DNA from: Tubiluchus corallicola | Lineage: Eukaryota > Animalia > Priapulida | Direction: 5' to 3' | DNA length: 64,000 bases | Assembly (NCBI GenBank): GCA_030141605.1 | Contig: JAQGDQ010000053.1 | Location: forward strand, 310,001-374,000 | Part shown: one piece after another, positions 31,101 through 44,539 of the stretch | Numbering within the stretch: the stretch's first letter is position 1 | How the letters are laid out: each line of letters starts with the position of its first letter | Notes under the pieces: model-generated | What the model was told of the DNA's origin: nothing | The model's input: only the letters and a program-made list of their open reading frames with translations | The model's database searches: none | Program-made: the position numbers and the translations under genes

Positions 31101-34100
31101 AGGTAAAACTTGTAAGTGCTCTGAACTCGTCACCCTCACCTATCATTTTGTTATTTGTTCACATTATAAAACCCAATATTTGTTCACATATATATAGGTC
31201 AGAGGTCACGGTACAGGCAGGGGTTCTTTTTTTCATTAGGCTGGATCTCCTTCCACAGTTTTTGAGCCAGGGCCACAATTTTTGGAATGTGGTTAGGTGG
31301 GATCGAGTTATTCTGTATGGTTGAATATGAGCCATTTGCTTAGGGGAAAATTTTTCGGTAGGGAGGAAAAACCAAAATTGATCGGTCAGGGACATCAGTC
31401 CTTTCAACATCGACAAAACAGTGTTGTGTAATATATCAAATGAAAGGTCTCGATGAGACAAAGTGAACAGCATAAGTTTCACTGATTTTAGTGGACGCTG
31501 TACCTCAGTATCACCGGTTGAAGCTAAGCATATCCAATTTCAGTGTTTGAAATGTTCTCGAACATCGTCGAGAAAAGGCGTCCGTCGGTTGTGTTATGGG
31601 AGTTTTTAACTCTTTTGAAAGCAAAGGAGCTGTGCTGCAAGGTGAAGTAAGTTTTTTCTGAAAACACCAATGTGGGCTCGAACATCGATCGACTAATTCC
31701 ATGCAAAATAATGGAAATTTCACATCTCAGACTGGGTTCTCGTGCAACACGCATGATTCCACCCAGTGCACCGCTATAACACCTATTGTAAGCCATTTGA
31801 TTACTCTCAAACTGTGTTTGGCTCAGTTGTCAGAAGACTTATATTTTGCATCTAAAAGCTATGAGTTCATTGAATGGAGGCAATATTATGCCCTTCAGAG
31901 CCTTGATACCTTTGAAAAAGTGACAAGTTCCGATTTCACTGAAGCTTTTAATTGTCAAGCACAACAGTACCTACATGCATGATGTTAACTATTCTGAAAA
32001 ACATTTTTATCTGAAAAGCTAAAACTGTCACATAAAGCATCTCCTGTCACATAAGCAAAATCTTACCACAGTTTTTGACACAGTCAAAATTGCCCACTAG
32101 TTGTTATTATTTCGCACTTTGATTCAACCACTTAGTCACTTCTTTGATTGTTTGCTAAAAATGTGTGTCAGTCTTATTGATATTATTCCACATTTGGGTT
32201 TTAGCATACTTAATTTGGATTCAACCACTTAGTCACTTTTTCGGTTAGACATTCATAAGCTAGCTGTCTTACTAAACCTGCTCAGCAGTTTAATTGTTGT
32301 TATCTCATTACTTGTATGTGCTGTTTTTGTTGGCTTTGTAAATTTCCAGATGTCTGTTTCCTAGTGATGTAAGTACGCTTTCAATATAAGATCTAATACT
32401 GGCTTATTGCTTTGCCATTTAAAACTGACTGTAATATGGAAACACATCCATAATTTACATTTATTTGAGTTAGTAGCTGAGCTCATATCACACACCAGGG
32501 GTACAAAATGACAGCACTTTGATTAATCTTTTAACTTACCTAAACATTTCTTTTTCTTAATGAAAAAAGCCTTCATTGCACTTTCAAAACCTATCCCAAA
32601 GCTTTCGCTGTTATTGTAGGTTTGTTTCAGCTTCCATCTGAATTCTTTGAATTTTTATAGAACTTCTTTTTAACTTGAGATCTTCCATTCGACCACCTAA
32701 TTCATATGCTTACTTTTTTCTGGTGTTTTTCTAAGAGCGGCTGTTCTAATTTTTAGTTATGTTGTGATATTTATTTTTAAGAATAGTGATAAGACTTAAG
32801 ATGTGATAGTAGACATACAAACCGCTATCAACTGTTTGCCATCAGATCTGCTTGCTTATCAAGTATTGCAAACAGTGTGAGCTTTTATGTTTTTTATACT
32901 CATGATAGCAATGACGTCAGCCACATACAGCGATAGTGTCAGTGTCAGTGACAGCAGCAACACTAACACCATTGTTACAGTTATTTACTTGAACTATTTT
33001 TGTGACAAGCTGATGAAAGATTATATTTTTCAGAGCTTTCTTAAATGTATGCATGGCGTACACCTCGAGAGAAGAAATCTGTGATGCCGTAAATATTTTA
33101 GCAGGTGCTGTTGCAGATGGAGTTTTGAAACCTAGGTACAAAATTAATATAGAAACTGTTTTGAAAAAGAGCTTTTGAAGGTTGTACAATTTTATGTCAG
33201 GTTTATTTTTATGTATTTTACAATGTGTGTAGGGCCACAGTTGTGGGTGGCTATCTGCATCTCGGTTGGTTTTTGGAGCTTTAAACTCAGTAAAGTATCA
33301 CAGATGCTGAAGCTTGACAAATGGGTATTCCCAGTGGGAGGCCGGGAGCTTGTGATATTTTACATTTGCAAAATGTTGTCTTACGCTATGGTTTGGTAAA
33401 TGAGGAATTGCAGTAGTTGCAATAAATTAGTGCTGAATTGAATGGTAAAGGTTTAATTGGTCACTTGGTGATTACAAATGAGCTCTAAGTGGGCCTGGAA
33501 AATCCTACTGGACTTCTTAAAGTATTTTTTCTCAAAGTTTTGGTAACAAAAATTTTGATTTTTTTCCTCTCTTTATTAGTAAAAATGACAAAACTGTTCC
33601 ACAATCTAATAGTCATCAAAGTTAGAATGTAACTATGACTTGAGGTAATATTTTTTTACGCACCTAGATACGCTGAAATTTGTCCTTACTTACTGTCGCT
33701 ATTACACCGCATTCAAAAATTTGGCAGCGACAGAATATACAGGTATAATGTATGTACATAATAATTATGCAATAACTGTTACTGAACTATTATAGTAGAG
33801 ATGTTGTTCTATAAATGAGCTCTAAGTGGGCCTGGAAAATCCTACTGGACTTCTTAAAGTATTTTTTCTCAAAGTTTTGGTAACAAAAATTTTGATTTTT
33901 TTCCTCTCTTTATTAGTAAAAATGACAAAACTGTTCCACAATCTAATAGTCATCAAAGTTAGAATGTAACTATGACTTGAGGTAATATTTTTTTACGCAC
34001 CTAGATACGCTGAAATTTGTCCTTACTTACTGTCGCTATTACACCGCATTCAAAAATTTGGCAGCGACAGAACATACAGGTATAATGTATGTACATAATA

Positions 34101-37100
34101 ATTATGCAGTAACTGTTACTGAACTATTATAGTAGAGATGTTGTTCTATAAATGAGCTCTAAGTGGGCCTGGAAAATCCTACTGGATTTCTTAAAGTATT
34201 TTTTCTCAAAGTTTTGGTAACAAAAATTTTGATTTTTTTCCTCTCTTTATTAGTAAAAATGACAAAACTGTTCCACAATCTAATAGTCATCAAAGTTAGA
34301 ATGTAACTATGACTTGAGGTAATATTTTTTTACGCACCTAGATACGCTGAAATTTGTCCCTACTTACTGTCGCTATTACACCGCATTCAAAAATTTGGCA
34401 GCAACAGAACATACAGGTATAATGTATGTACATAGTAATTATGCAGTAACTGTTACTGACCTATTATAGGAGAGATGTTGTTCTATAAATAGGTGGCTTG
34501 CTGCTATAAAGATAAGATCAATGCTTTTTGCAGTAGCCCAGTTAACCTTTCAAACCTGCCCAATGCTCAGTGTTAAAATTCACTTCATAATAAGTGTTGT
34601 CTTGTTGGGCTGTGGTTGGCTTCAAATTATGCTATTATAGTTACCATAGCAGCTGGTGTCGTACTAATATCTTAAAAACCATACCGCATAATTACTTTCG
34701 GCACTCAAAAGATCTTTCTTCAGTAGTTAAGCTATGCCAGACAACACAACTGCCTAGATAGGTGAGATATTTGGTACAATTATTGTTCGAAGTTGTGTCC
34801 TAGTAAAGCGATAGAACCTGTAAGCGAAACAAAGTAAGAGGCTTCTTTCTTAACATAGTTCTAAAAAATTTTGTGGGACAGTATTTAAGATAAGGCAAAA
34901 TTATCTTGCTAAGCATCACAGTTTTAAATCACTTAACTCCACTTGTTCTTGGTGGGTATGTAAACTACTAGTTATTACAATGTGTGTGTGTGTGTGAAAC
35001 ACCAGCTGAAATAATGTTTGAAGATAGCAACTGTATTAGCTATGGAGTACATGTAAGTGGTGAAAGTTCTTATAAAGCTAACGTTTTAGAAGTCCACCTT
35101 TTTAAATCTTCATGGGGTTCTGTAGCCCTTCACTACAACCCGCCTCCCCGCAACTATTTCAATCCTAGATACTTCTGTAAAAATCTCCGGCCTTGGTCCA
35201 TCACTGGGATGCCAACTTTTAGTCCCTGGGACATTTGTAAGATTTTACTCCTCTGGCACTAAGTCAAGTTTGTTGTAGCACAATCTGGCTTCAAGGTGGA
35301 GATTGGTTGGGGTATTTTTTTCGAATTTATGTATTCAAATGTAGTCGAAAAACATCTGGCCTTAGAGCTAAAACTGAGTTAAAAGATGTACCCATGTTGA
35401 AACTAGGTCAACTTAGACTTGGGATGAGTTCCTTTATTACTATAGGTAGTACTGTGCATTTAGTTTTAAGTCAGACAGAATATTGAAAAAGTTTGTTGGC
35501 TGTAAGAGCTGAAAACTTATTAGTTTTGAGCCACTTTTTGGCCTATTTTTTTCAATTTTTCGTCAGCACATTGCATATTTTGATCAGTAGCATTAAACCA
35601 ATTAAGTATTAAACCAATTAAGTATTTAAAGTCTAATAATTGTTTTAAAAATTATACTACTAGTGTCTGCTATCAAGATGTTTTTTTCAATCTTGAAGCC
35701 TTGTCCGTATTGTCTGCCATCAGCAGCGACTCTATGTCATTAATGTCATTACTGGTAGTAGTACTCAGATACTAAACTCGATAACTTCCAGCAAAGCAGA
35801 GCTACCAGAAAATTGTCCCAGGCTCCTGCGTCGGCCTACGGAGTTCTTGGCATTGCTTTCCATAGTTGATTGGAGCAGCATCTCTAAACTGCCACCCTTC
35901 ACTGTAAAATGCATTATGAACCTCCAAATTTCCACTTGGTAGCGCCTAATATGTCACTCAGTCGGAATTCTGTAGCGACAGATGAACAGATTTGCAATAA
36001 AAGGTCCGATTCACAGCTGGCTAGAAAAGATATGAGAAGTCTGTTAACTTTGCTTAGTGACAAGTTACAAGGCAAGTATCTAAGTTACTTTACTGGCAAC
36101 TCCAATAAGATGTAATATTGAACTGGTAGAAGTACATTCAGTTACGCACAAACAGCTGGGGGCGCTGTGGTTGATAAAACCAACAAGAAGCATTTTCTTT
36201 GTAGCCAACCATCCATTTACTGACCAGACTCAACGTTGCTTAACTTCAGTTGCTAAAAACACGCCATGCACACTCAACTATTGCTCGCCATAACGTGATT
36301 TTAAGTGTTTATTGAGAATTATTTCAGACACATTTCGCAAAGTTCATGACGAATCATGCTGCGTCTTCATCTTTCCTAAGTTTTACAGACTGACAAACTT
36401 CAATTATTTACATTTAGACAACTACATCATAAAAGAGGAACAATAATCTAAAGTTACTGTTAAGCTAATAGAAGTTAGAATACCTTTCATATTACAGACT
36501 GTTTGTTTTAGGAAAGTTTTGTAGGGTTTAGATTTTTTGTTTGCTATCGGAATTTTTGTGTTTACCTGAATTTTAATTTTTATCCTACATTAAAGATTGT
36601 CGTTTACTTTGAAGTTGTGTTTAGCTACTACAAAAATGCATAAAAAGTTGATACGTAAGCATCATTATTATTTTAGTGATGTATCAGAAGAATACCTTTC
36701 ATATTACAGACTGTTTATTTTAGGAAAGTTTTGTAGGGTTTAGATTTTTTGTTTGCTATCGGAATTTTTGTGTTTACCTGAATTTTAATTTTTATCCTGC
36801 ATTCAAGATTGTCATTTACTTTGAAGTTGTGTTTAGCTACTACAAAAATGCATAAAAAGTTGTTATGTAAGCATCATTATTATTTTAGTGATGTATCAGA
36901 AGAATACCTTTCATATTACAGACTGTTTGTTTTAGGAAAGTTTTGTAGGGTTTAGATTTTTTGTTTGCTATCGGAATTTTTGTGTTTACCTGAATTTTAA
37001 TTTTTATCCTACATTCAAGATTGTCATTTACTTTGAAGTTCTGTTTAGCTACTACAAAAATGCATAAAAAGTCATTACGTAAGCATCATTATTATTTTAG

Positions 37101-38956
37101 TGATGTATCAGAAGAATTGGTTAGCAAATGTCTCTACACTCATAATTCAAAAGATCCGGACTTGCTAATACGTACCTCTGGAGAAGTTAGACTTAGTGAC
37201 TTTTTATTGTGGCAAGTAGGTACTTTATATTGCAATTATGTCTTTTTTGCTGCAAAATGTGTTGCGACACTGTTGCATGTTTATTTTGTGTTCCTCACTT
37301 ATTCAACATCGATGTAATGCTCTACAGAGAGCAAAATGGTTGCTTTACAACAAAGAGAGCTATGTTTTCAAACACTATGAAAGCTAATGAAATTATTTTT
37401 TTCCTTTATTGGCAGACAAAACAAGTGGTTTGTTTTGCATTTCTGTTAGCGAAAATAATAACTTTTTGTACGATATATTAAAAACATAATTTCAGTGCTG
37501 AATGAGCAAAAACGATTAGCATATAGTGAACTGCATTTTTGTCTCGTGGAAAGTTACATTTTTACTTATTAATTCAACCTCAGTAGTTTTGTTTGTATGC
37601 TTGTCACTGCTGTGCTAATGGAAAATATTGTGGAATTATTTTGTTCCGCAAAAATTACGTCTTTGTTAAATCCAAATTTCATTTTTAATACCGGAAATCT
37701 AGCATTTTTGTCATGTTTTATTTCAGACCATACTTGAAATCATGGAAATTATAAACACGTTTTATAGCTGTACCAGACAGTAATATTGTCATAGCTCTTA
37801 ACTTGAAAATTGGAAGGTTTATCATAGTGCTTACTGTTAATGAAATTAATTATGCTATCAGTCCTCACATGTATATGTGTTACTTGATAGTTTTCATTAT
37901 TTGCCTTTTTTCAGAGTGCTTATTCCATGCTATCTTTCACAAAAGTACTGTGGCCAAATTTCACTGTGTGGAACTTATTTGCTGGAATTCTTTACTATCA
38001 AGCTGGTTACAAACATGTAAAGGTAAAATCTGGTTCGTTTAAATTGTGAAACTGTCACTTTCTGTACTACAATGAAATGAGTCTCCAAGTAAGGAGCCTA
38101 ATAAGTGGACTATATGCACCATGCTAGTAACAATTTATATATATATATATTTATATATTGTTTATTTATTATAAAAAAACTTTTGGTTGTAGGCAATTTG
38201 TACATGCTCCAGTATTTATATACAGAGCTTGCGTTACTTGTTAAAAATCAGAAATCCCTCATGGCCTAGGCCTATACATTCCACCCAGATCTGCTTTGCC
38301 AGAAATACACTGTTTCCCAAGTTTGCCATCTTGGATTTTCGTAAAATAGGATATTTCACACTTCCCAGTGTTTTTACGTGAAAATTAGCTTACTAATTTG
38401 AGGTATTTATTTAACTATTTTCGAATATTCTTTATAGTAAATGTTCATTTTTCTTGCTTCTGCTGCCACATTAATGAAAAAATGTCCAATACAGTACCAA
38501 TAAGTATGTTATCAATATTATATTATGATTATTACGTATGTTCTACACTTCATGGAAATGTTTGGTCTAAAAATTAAATTATTCTCCCGAATTATAATGT
38601 AGAAAATGTTGGCGAACACAGACCGACACAGTTTGTGAGTCGCTGTCTCCTGAGAAGTATGTGAAATCTGTGAAATTTACGCATTATTTTCTGAAAGGTG
38701 TTTTCTTTTTATTTTTATGCAGAAGGCATTAGACTTGCATGCTGAAGACGTAGAGGAACTTCAGGTGCAGTCTGACACAGGAAGCATAGCATCTGAACTT
38801 CAAAAGCATGACTTGCCACATTATATATCAGCAGACGACATTATAGTAGAAAAGCAAGAAAGGGAGGATCGTATTAACACTTTTTTGCAGCAGTTAACAG
38901 AAAAGAGATTGGGTTATCTTCAAAGTCTTTGCTGTCGCAGCATGTATAACAGCTGA
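28175..38956 (+). CDS. DHDDS: Dehydrodolichyl diphosphate synthase (cis-prenyltransferase catalytic subunit), 7 coding exons, ~334 aa
   Basis: Exons 28175-28360, 29775-29917, 30502-30618, 33034-33135, 37101-37215, 37915-38022 and 38723-38956 join in phase (1005 nt). Motifs: [72 protein letters not shown]. Confidence 0.96.
28760..29368. mobile_element. Possible hAT-like non-autonomous element in DHDDS intron 1
   Basis: Imperfect TIRs CAGTGATGGGAG ... GTCCCTACACTG with clustered subterminal GTAAC/GTTAC motifs; no 8-bp TSD is recognisable. Confidence 0.4.
33476..34490 (+). repeat. Three near-identical tandem copies of a 337-bp unit in DHDDS intron 4
   Basis: AAATGAGCTCTAAGTGGGCCTGG recurs at 33476, 33813 and 34150 (period 337), ending at AAAT 34487-34490; only scattered substitutions separate the copies. 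Confidence 0.95.
36481..37116 (+). repeat. Three tandem copies of a 212-bp unit that includes the DHDDS exon-5 acceptor and the first 16 exon nucleotides
   Basis: TACCTTTCATATTACAGAC starts at 36481, 36693 and 36905; each unit ends TTATTTTAG|TGATGTATCAGAAGAA. Confidence 0.95.
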
Positions 38957-39529
38957 CCTTGAGCTGGAACTGATACTTAATGCTGGCTCTATACATATAT
39001 ATAGAGCCCAGCTGACTTTTACTGGATCTTTAGTAATGTGACCCAAATTTAGTAATGCAGGAAAAAAATCACTGTCTGTTGCAGGCATTTTAGACGAATA
39101 CGTCAAATCCGTAAAACGACAAATTAGCTTGCCAAGTTTCATGTCAAGTTACCTCTTGCTTTTAAGAATTAGGAAATAAACAATAATACTGCTAATATAA
39201 TAAGGAATAATTCCAAGTAAAATCAAGACGTGCGTGTGGATATCACACACTATTGTGTAGGTTTTGTTAATGTTGAAACAGTGAAAAAAATGTTTTGCAA
39301 CATTTCAAACAAAATTTGTTAGGCTGCAGGTAATAGCTTTCATCCAAAGATGATTGTCGTGATATTATGAGGCCTCTGGTAGCTGTTCTTCTCTTCAGAT
39401 ACCAGAGGCCTCATAATATCACGGCAATCATCTTTAAGCATTTGCTTGTGGCAAGTGTCAAGTTAATTAACTTACTAGCTAAACCCCATAAAAGACCTTG
39501 CACCCGTAATACCACCAAGGTCGTACAAC

Positions 39530-39740
39530 CCATGTCACATCAACCACACCAGACAACCCATGCCATATCCCCCATATCACACTAGCACACCATGCCACCC
39601 ACAACACGCTACACCATACCCACCACCACAACAACCCACACTTTGCTCATCAAACACAGCACAATACCACGCCACATCACTCAATGACGATGGAAATAAT
39701 GATGATGATGATGATGATGATGATAATGATGACGATAATA
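39530..39740. repeat. Low-complexity C/A-rich tract followed by a (GAT)n microsatellite
   Basis: CCACAC/CACCAC-rich sequence, then GATGATGAT... at about 39698-39735. Confidence 0.8.
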
Positions 39741-39950
39741 GGACAGCATAGTGCAACCACACAAAACATTATGCACAAAGTTGAAATTTTGTGCTACGAC
39801 CAATAAATAATAATGCATTAACATTCTCTATTGTTTTTACTTACAACTTCTTAAATGGCGACAGGATAGCAGATACAAGTTACGGCCTGTTCAGAAGAGC
39901 GAGTTTTCTGTCGCTAGTTTTCTTTCTGGGTGTGTAGATATTTCATTACA

Positions 39951-40945
39951 TACATTTGGACACAGGACATTTGGACACAAGACATTTGGACACAAGGTCA
40001 TTTGGATATAGGGTGATCTGGACACTAGGCAATTTTGCACAGGTTATAATGTACATATTTTGGTTTTCATTCATTATATAATGAACACCTGCGAAAAATG
40101 CTGCTGCCATCATATCCCGCTGGTTTCAGTTGTAACATGTTGTTACTGATTGTTGATGTCTGATATATTTGTATTATCGAATAATTCGTAAAGAAAAATC
40201 TTCCAGGATGTTCATAATTTAGCCTTAATAGCAGCTAAACGTATATTTGATTATTATCGCCCATTAGTTTTAGTTATTTATTTCAGCTTGAAAAGTTATA
40301 ACAAGAAATCTCGCTGTATCCATTGCAATAGCTGTACTGTGTCAATCGCAGTTGCCCCAAACACTGCAGTTACTGCCACCGCATACGGATATCCGCATAT
40401 TACGCAAATACCCTAATATTTATGTAATTTTTGACTTGCTGACTAGTTACTGTTGGAGAGGAGTTACTTTGAGGTAGGCTCAAGTAACGAGGCAAAGGAA
40501 CATTCAAAATAGGTAATATATCCCTTGTTTGATCTATGACTTTTTAGACATTAGAAGCACCTTGAACTTTACAAAAAGCTGCTTAAATTCACTATTCTCC
40601 AAGAACAGGGTATAACTACATAACCAATGTTGATTGAATCCAAATGGTATCTAAACAGTTAATGTATCCAAATTATCCAGTTTATCTACATTTCTAAATA
40701 TCCTGTGCGAAAAACACCTATAGTGTCCAAATGTCTTATGTGTCAAAACCTCTAGTGACTAAACAGCGTACAGATCTAAGCTTGTTCTTAAATAGCCTGT
40801 GTGTCAAAATTACCTTGTTTCCAAATGCCTATGTGTCTAAATTACCTTATGTCCAATTCAATGTCCTGTGTGTCTAAATGACCAAGGTGTTCGTATTGCC
40901 TTGTGTCCAAATGTCTTACGTGTTTAAATGACCTGTGCCATGTTA
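39951..40945. mobile_element. Foldback-like non-autonomous DNA element with arms made of ~15-bp tandem subrepeats
   Basis: The left arm repeats CATTTGGACACAAGA/GG (39951-40030). The right arm repeats the reverse complement TGTGTCCAAATGTC/ACC (about 40690-40945). Confidence 0.7.
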
Positions 40946-41003
40946 ACCTGTGCGTTCAAAACCCTGGGATCAGTATCAATCCTTATCGAATGCCTTGGAG
41001 AAA

Positions 41004-42530
41004 TTAAGCACACAAATTATTTGGAGGCCTAGCTGCATATTTGTTGTTACAATCATTGATCAGTTCTGTGTCCCAATGATCATTCAGGTGCGAGGACCAT
41101 GTTGCAAGTGATGAAATATAATGCTTGTCAGCATGGTTCATAAGAGAACTACAAAATGATAAAAATGTAATTTTTTTATATTCCATAGTTTTTGATACGA
41201 CACTAGTTAGATTAATAGGACGTATGTTTGAGCAAAGGTATTTCTGACCTTTTTTAAAGCTACGAGTGACATGTTTGCATGCTTCCAATCTGTAGGTGGC
41301 CAGTCCATTCCAGATGATAATAATGACTCGCAAAAGATGTATGTGGATCATCCAAATCATTTCTCAGTTCCTTCAACACTCGGGGATTAAGATTGTGAGG
41401 TCCGATGTTTTAGCAGGATTTAACTTCTTTAGCAGTTTTTACTTACTAGAAACTGTTATGCATGTACTAATATGCGGGATAGATGGTACAGTGAGAATCA
41501 CATGAGTAAATGAGGCGCCAGTCTCTTTAGTAAACACGCTCTGAAACTGATTGTTCTAGGCTTCATATTTGCCATTCGAGTCTTATATGTTTCATAAATT
41601 TCCTGGTGTGTAATAACGGTCTCACTGATATAGGCTCAGTATGCGCGGTGAATATCTTGTAGGACTTTCTGTTCAAAGCTAAAAATCTCTGCTCATCTAT
41701 CACCAACTACCAGTATTCTTACAGCCAGCCATTGATATGCTTTATTCCTTTAAGTTGGATTTTCCTTTTAAGTGCACTGTTAACCCATGGCTAACTGGTT
41801 TGTGACTATATATTTACTGTGTATGCCGGGATTCTACAGTCATAATATCATGCCACCACAAAGGTGGTCACTTCTAATTGTCTATGCACAGAAAAGTGAT
41901 CAGGATTGAAATACTCCTGTTTCAGCTAAAATTGCTACATCTAGTTTCATCTTGTCCATCAAGTTGTAAAACAATGGTTTCTTATTTGTCAAAGACTGAC
42001 AGTTGATATTTATGATACATAGGGGCTGAGTTCCCGTGGCCGAATTTGCTTTTGGCTTTTTAGGTGTAGATGAAAACTTAGGCTGTGCAGGTGGCAGTCA
42101 CCGATAGAAACAATTGTAGTGCCCTTTTGAAGCGATTTTCTTCATCCGCACAATGCAAATCAAATGAGACTGAGCTATAATTAGATCCATTATATATCAC
42201 GTATGTCCATGCAACTCTTGTACTGTACACCTGCTCATAGCCATCTCCTTGGCAGTAAGCATAGAACCGCGTCTCATGACTTTCACACAAGACTCTGACA
42301 TCAACCCACGTAAGTAGGACCGTGATTACGTGACCAATACTTACATAGTGGAACTACTACATAGTAGTAGAATAAATCATAGGTGAGACATGGCCCAGGA
42401 TTAAGCTCAATGTCACCAGAATTTGAAAGGAGCACCAAGGAGATGTAAAATGTTCCTGACTTATAAGCTCCTGTTGTGAGTTTTTCCGACCCTCCTGAGT
42501 GAGTTAGCAACTTCACAGCTTATCTGTGAA
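41004..42530 (-). mobile_element. Decayed, internally deleted APE-type LINE with 2A-like peptide, PHD finger, endonuclease N-terminus and RT-proximal region
   Basis: In order on the minus strand: LVLLSNSGDIELNPGP (GDIELNPGP at 42417-42391); decayed PHD CESHETRFYAYCQG...VAWTYVIYNGSNYS; endonuclease start CIININCQSLTNKK...DVAILAET (about 42020-41920); NNQFQSVFTKE; KLLKKLNPAK; NIRPINLTSVVSKTME. Confidence 0.85.
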
Positions 42531-42569
42531 CTGCACGCAGAAGGTGGGTTGCTATTACTATTAAAATAA

Positions 42570-44460
42570 TAGTAAAGGAAAAAGTGGAAGCTTCATAGCA
42601 GAACAAAAAATCAGAAATCAAATAAAGGAATTAAAACGGAAAAAGTCGAAAGATAGACATGCCTGGCGAAAGAAATGTTAACTGAAGGTGGAGAAAATCT
42701 GATTAAAAGTCTTACGTTTAATAAAATACAGCAAACTCACCAAATTCCTGATGAATGGAGGCTTATGAACACAAAGTCAATGTATAAAGGAAGCGGACCT
42801 AAGAATGAGATGAAAAGTAGACCGGGGATATTTTTAACAAGTCTTATTAGCAAACTCTACGAAGAAGTGTTGCTTCAGAAACATAATGCAATTTATCAGA
42901 ACCTAAGTAATTTACAATGTGTTGGCAGAAAAAATAGAAGCATAGCAGATCATTTGTTTGTCATTAGAGCTCTACTGGATTATAACAGGTATCGCAATAA
43001 ATAATGTATATCTAGTTTATGGAGACATTGAAAAATATTTTGATAAACTTTGGCTTAGAGATTGTGTAAACAAGTTGCTGACTATAGGATAAAAAGATGC
43101 ATTTTATATTTACCAACTTAATAAAGAAGTAAGTACAGTGATAACTACTCCATTGGGTTCCACGAATGAAATAATTATAGGTGAATCAGTCCGGCAGGGC
43201 ACACCTTTTGGTCCAATTCTTTGTAGTATATTAATGAACAAAGTTATAGATATTACTACATATCCAAATACTATGCTTGGTCCAAATCTTGAAATCGGAA
43301 CAATTCCATATGTCGACGATGTTTTGGGTATTGAATCTAGCGAAATAATAAAAAATGTAGTCGAGAATTTTGGAGAAACTGAGGAGCAAAAACGAGTAAG
43401 ATTTTTAAATCATACAAAAAGCGAGTATATGAAAACAAAGATGAGCAAAAAGAAAATGACAGTTGAAATAAAAGAATTTGTTAAATATGGTGCAATCAGC
43501 AAGGCAAAAACATGTATGTACTTTGGTGACTGGTTTCAACTAAAAACAGATATGATGTCGTGTTAAAAGAAAGAAAATATAGAATGAAAGTAATGATAAT
43601 GGGAATAAATAATGTTGGGGCTGTATCAAATATGGGCCATAAATCAACAGAAGCTAGGTTAATTATCTATGAGACAATGGTGATACCTGCATTGTTATAT
43701 AGTAGTGAAACGTGGGCAGATATAACAAATACAAAGTGAAAAAGGTTAGAAAGTATTTAGTTTAAAGCTTTAACAAAATTGTGTCAGAAAAAACCAACTC
43801 CTTACTGGGGCATTTTAGCTCAAGCAAACTGGTGGCTGATTAAAAATAAAGTTGATTACAAAAAGTTAATGTTTTATCATCATTAATGAATTCTGATGAT
43901 TATAGGACAGCTAAACAAATAGTTGTAGAACGAAAAATAGACTGTATGAACAATGCTGGTACAATGAGATTTTAAAAATTGCTAATTGCTATGAAATAAA
44001 CAGTAGTGATATGGAACAAATAATTAAAAACAAGAAGTCTGAACGGAAAAGATGGTTAAAGTTAAAGTGGCAAAAAAGTAGTGGTGTTCAGAGCAGAATG
44101 CAGTAAAATGACAAAATTGAGATTTCTCAAACAATGAAATTCATTTCTTGACAATGAATTTTTAATATACGAATTAGGTGTGAATAAAATGGGTCATAAT
44201 AATTATGAAAATTAATTTAAGTATGTTAGAAAATGCCCACATAAATAATTTAATGTGCCCCATGTGTAATACTGAGGAAGAGACAACTGAACATCTATTT
44301 GTTAGTAGCAGCTTAAGTAAATGTTTGCAGGTTGATGCCCGTGATCTATTATACCAAACGAATATGGAGGTCATAAGAAGAATCATTGAATGTACTACGG
44401 CTATGATGGAATTTAGAAATGAATGTGGATTCGTGATATGAAACTATACGGTGTATACAT
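42570..44460 (+). mobile_element. 5'-truncated, decayed non-LTR retrotransposon (RT plus C-terminal zinc-finger-like motif)
   Basis: Broken frames with IPDEW...RPGIFLTSLISKLYE, GRKNRSIADHLFVI, GDIEKYFDKLWL, VRQGTPFGPILCS, YVDDV, and CPMCNTEEETTEHLF near the end. Confidence 0.85.
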
Positions 44461-44539
44461 GTCCTGCAGTCGTTCTTGGAGTGATTGCTTGCTGAATTCT
44501 AAAGAGGTTCAAGACTAACAACTGAAGGTCGTTACGATT

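Noticed and set aside
31159-31982. Cluster of short overlapping ORFs in DHDDS intron 3
   Set aside because: No recognisable protein; the sequence looks like the interior of a non-autonomous DNA element whose ends I could not define.
38950-39000. Possible stop-codon readthrough at the DHDDS TGA-C
   Set aside because: The context is not TGA-CTA and another in-frame TGA follows almost immediately.
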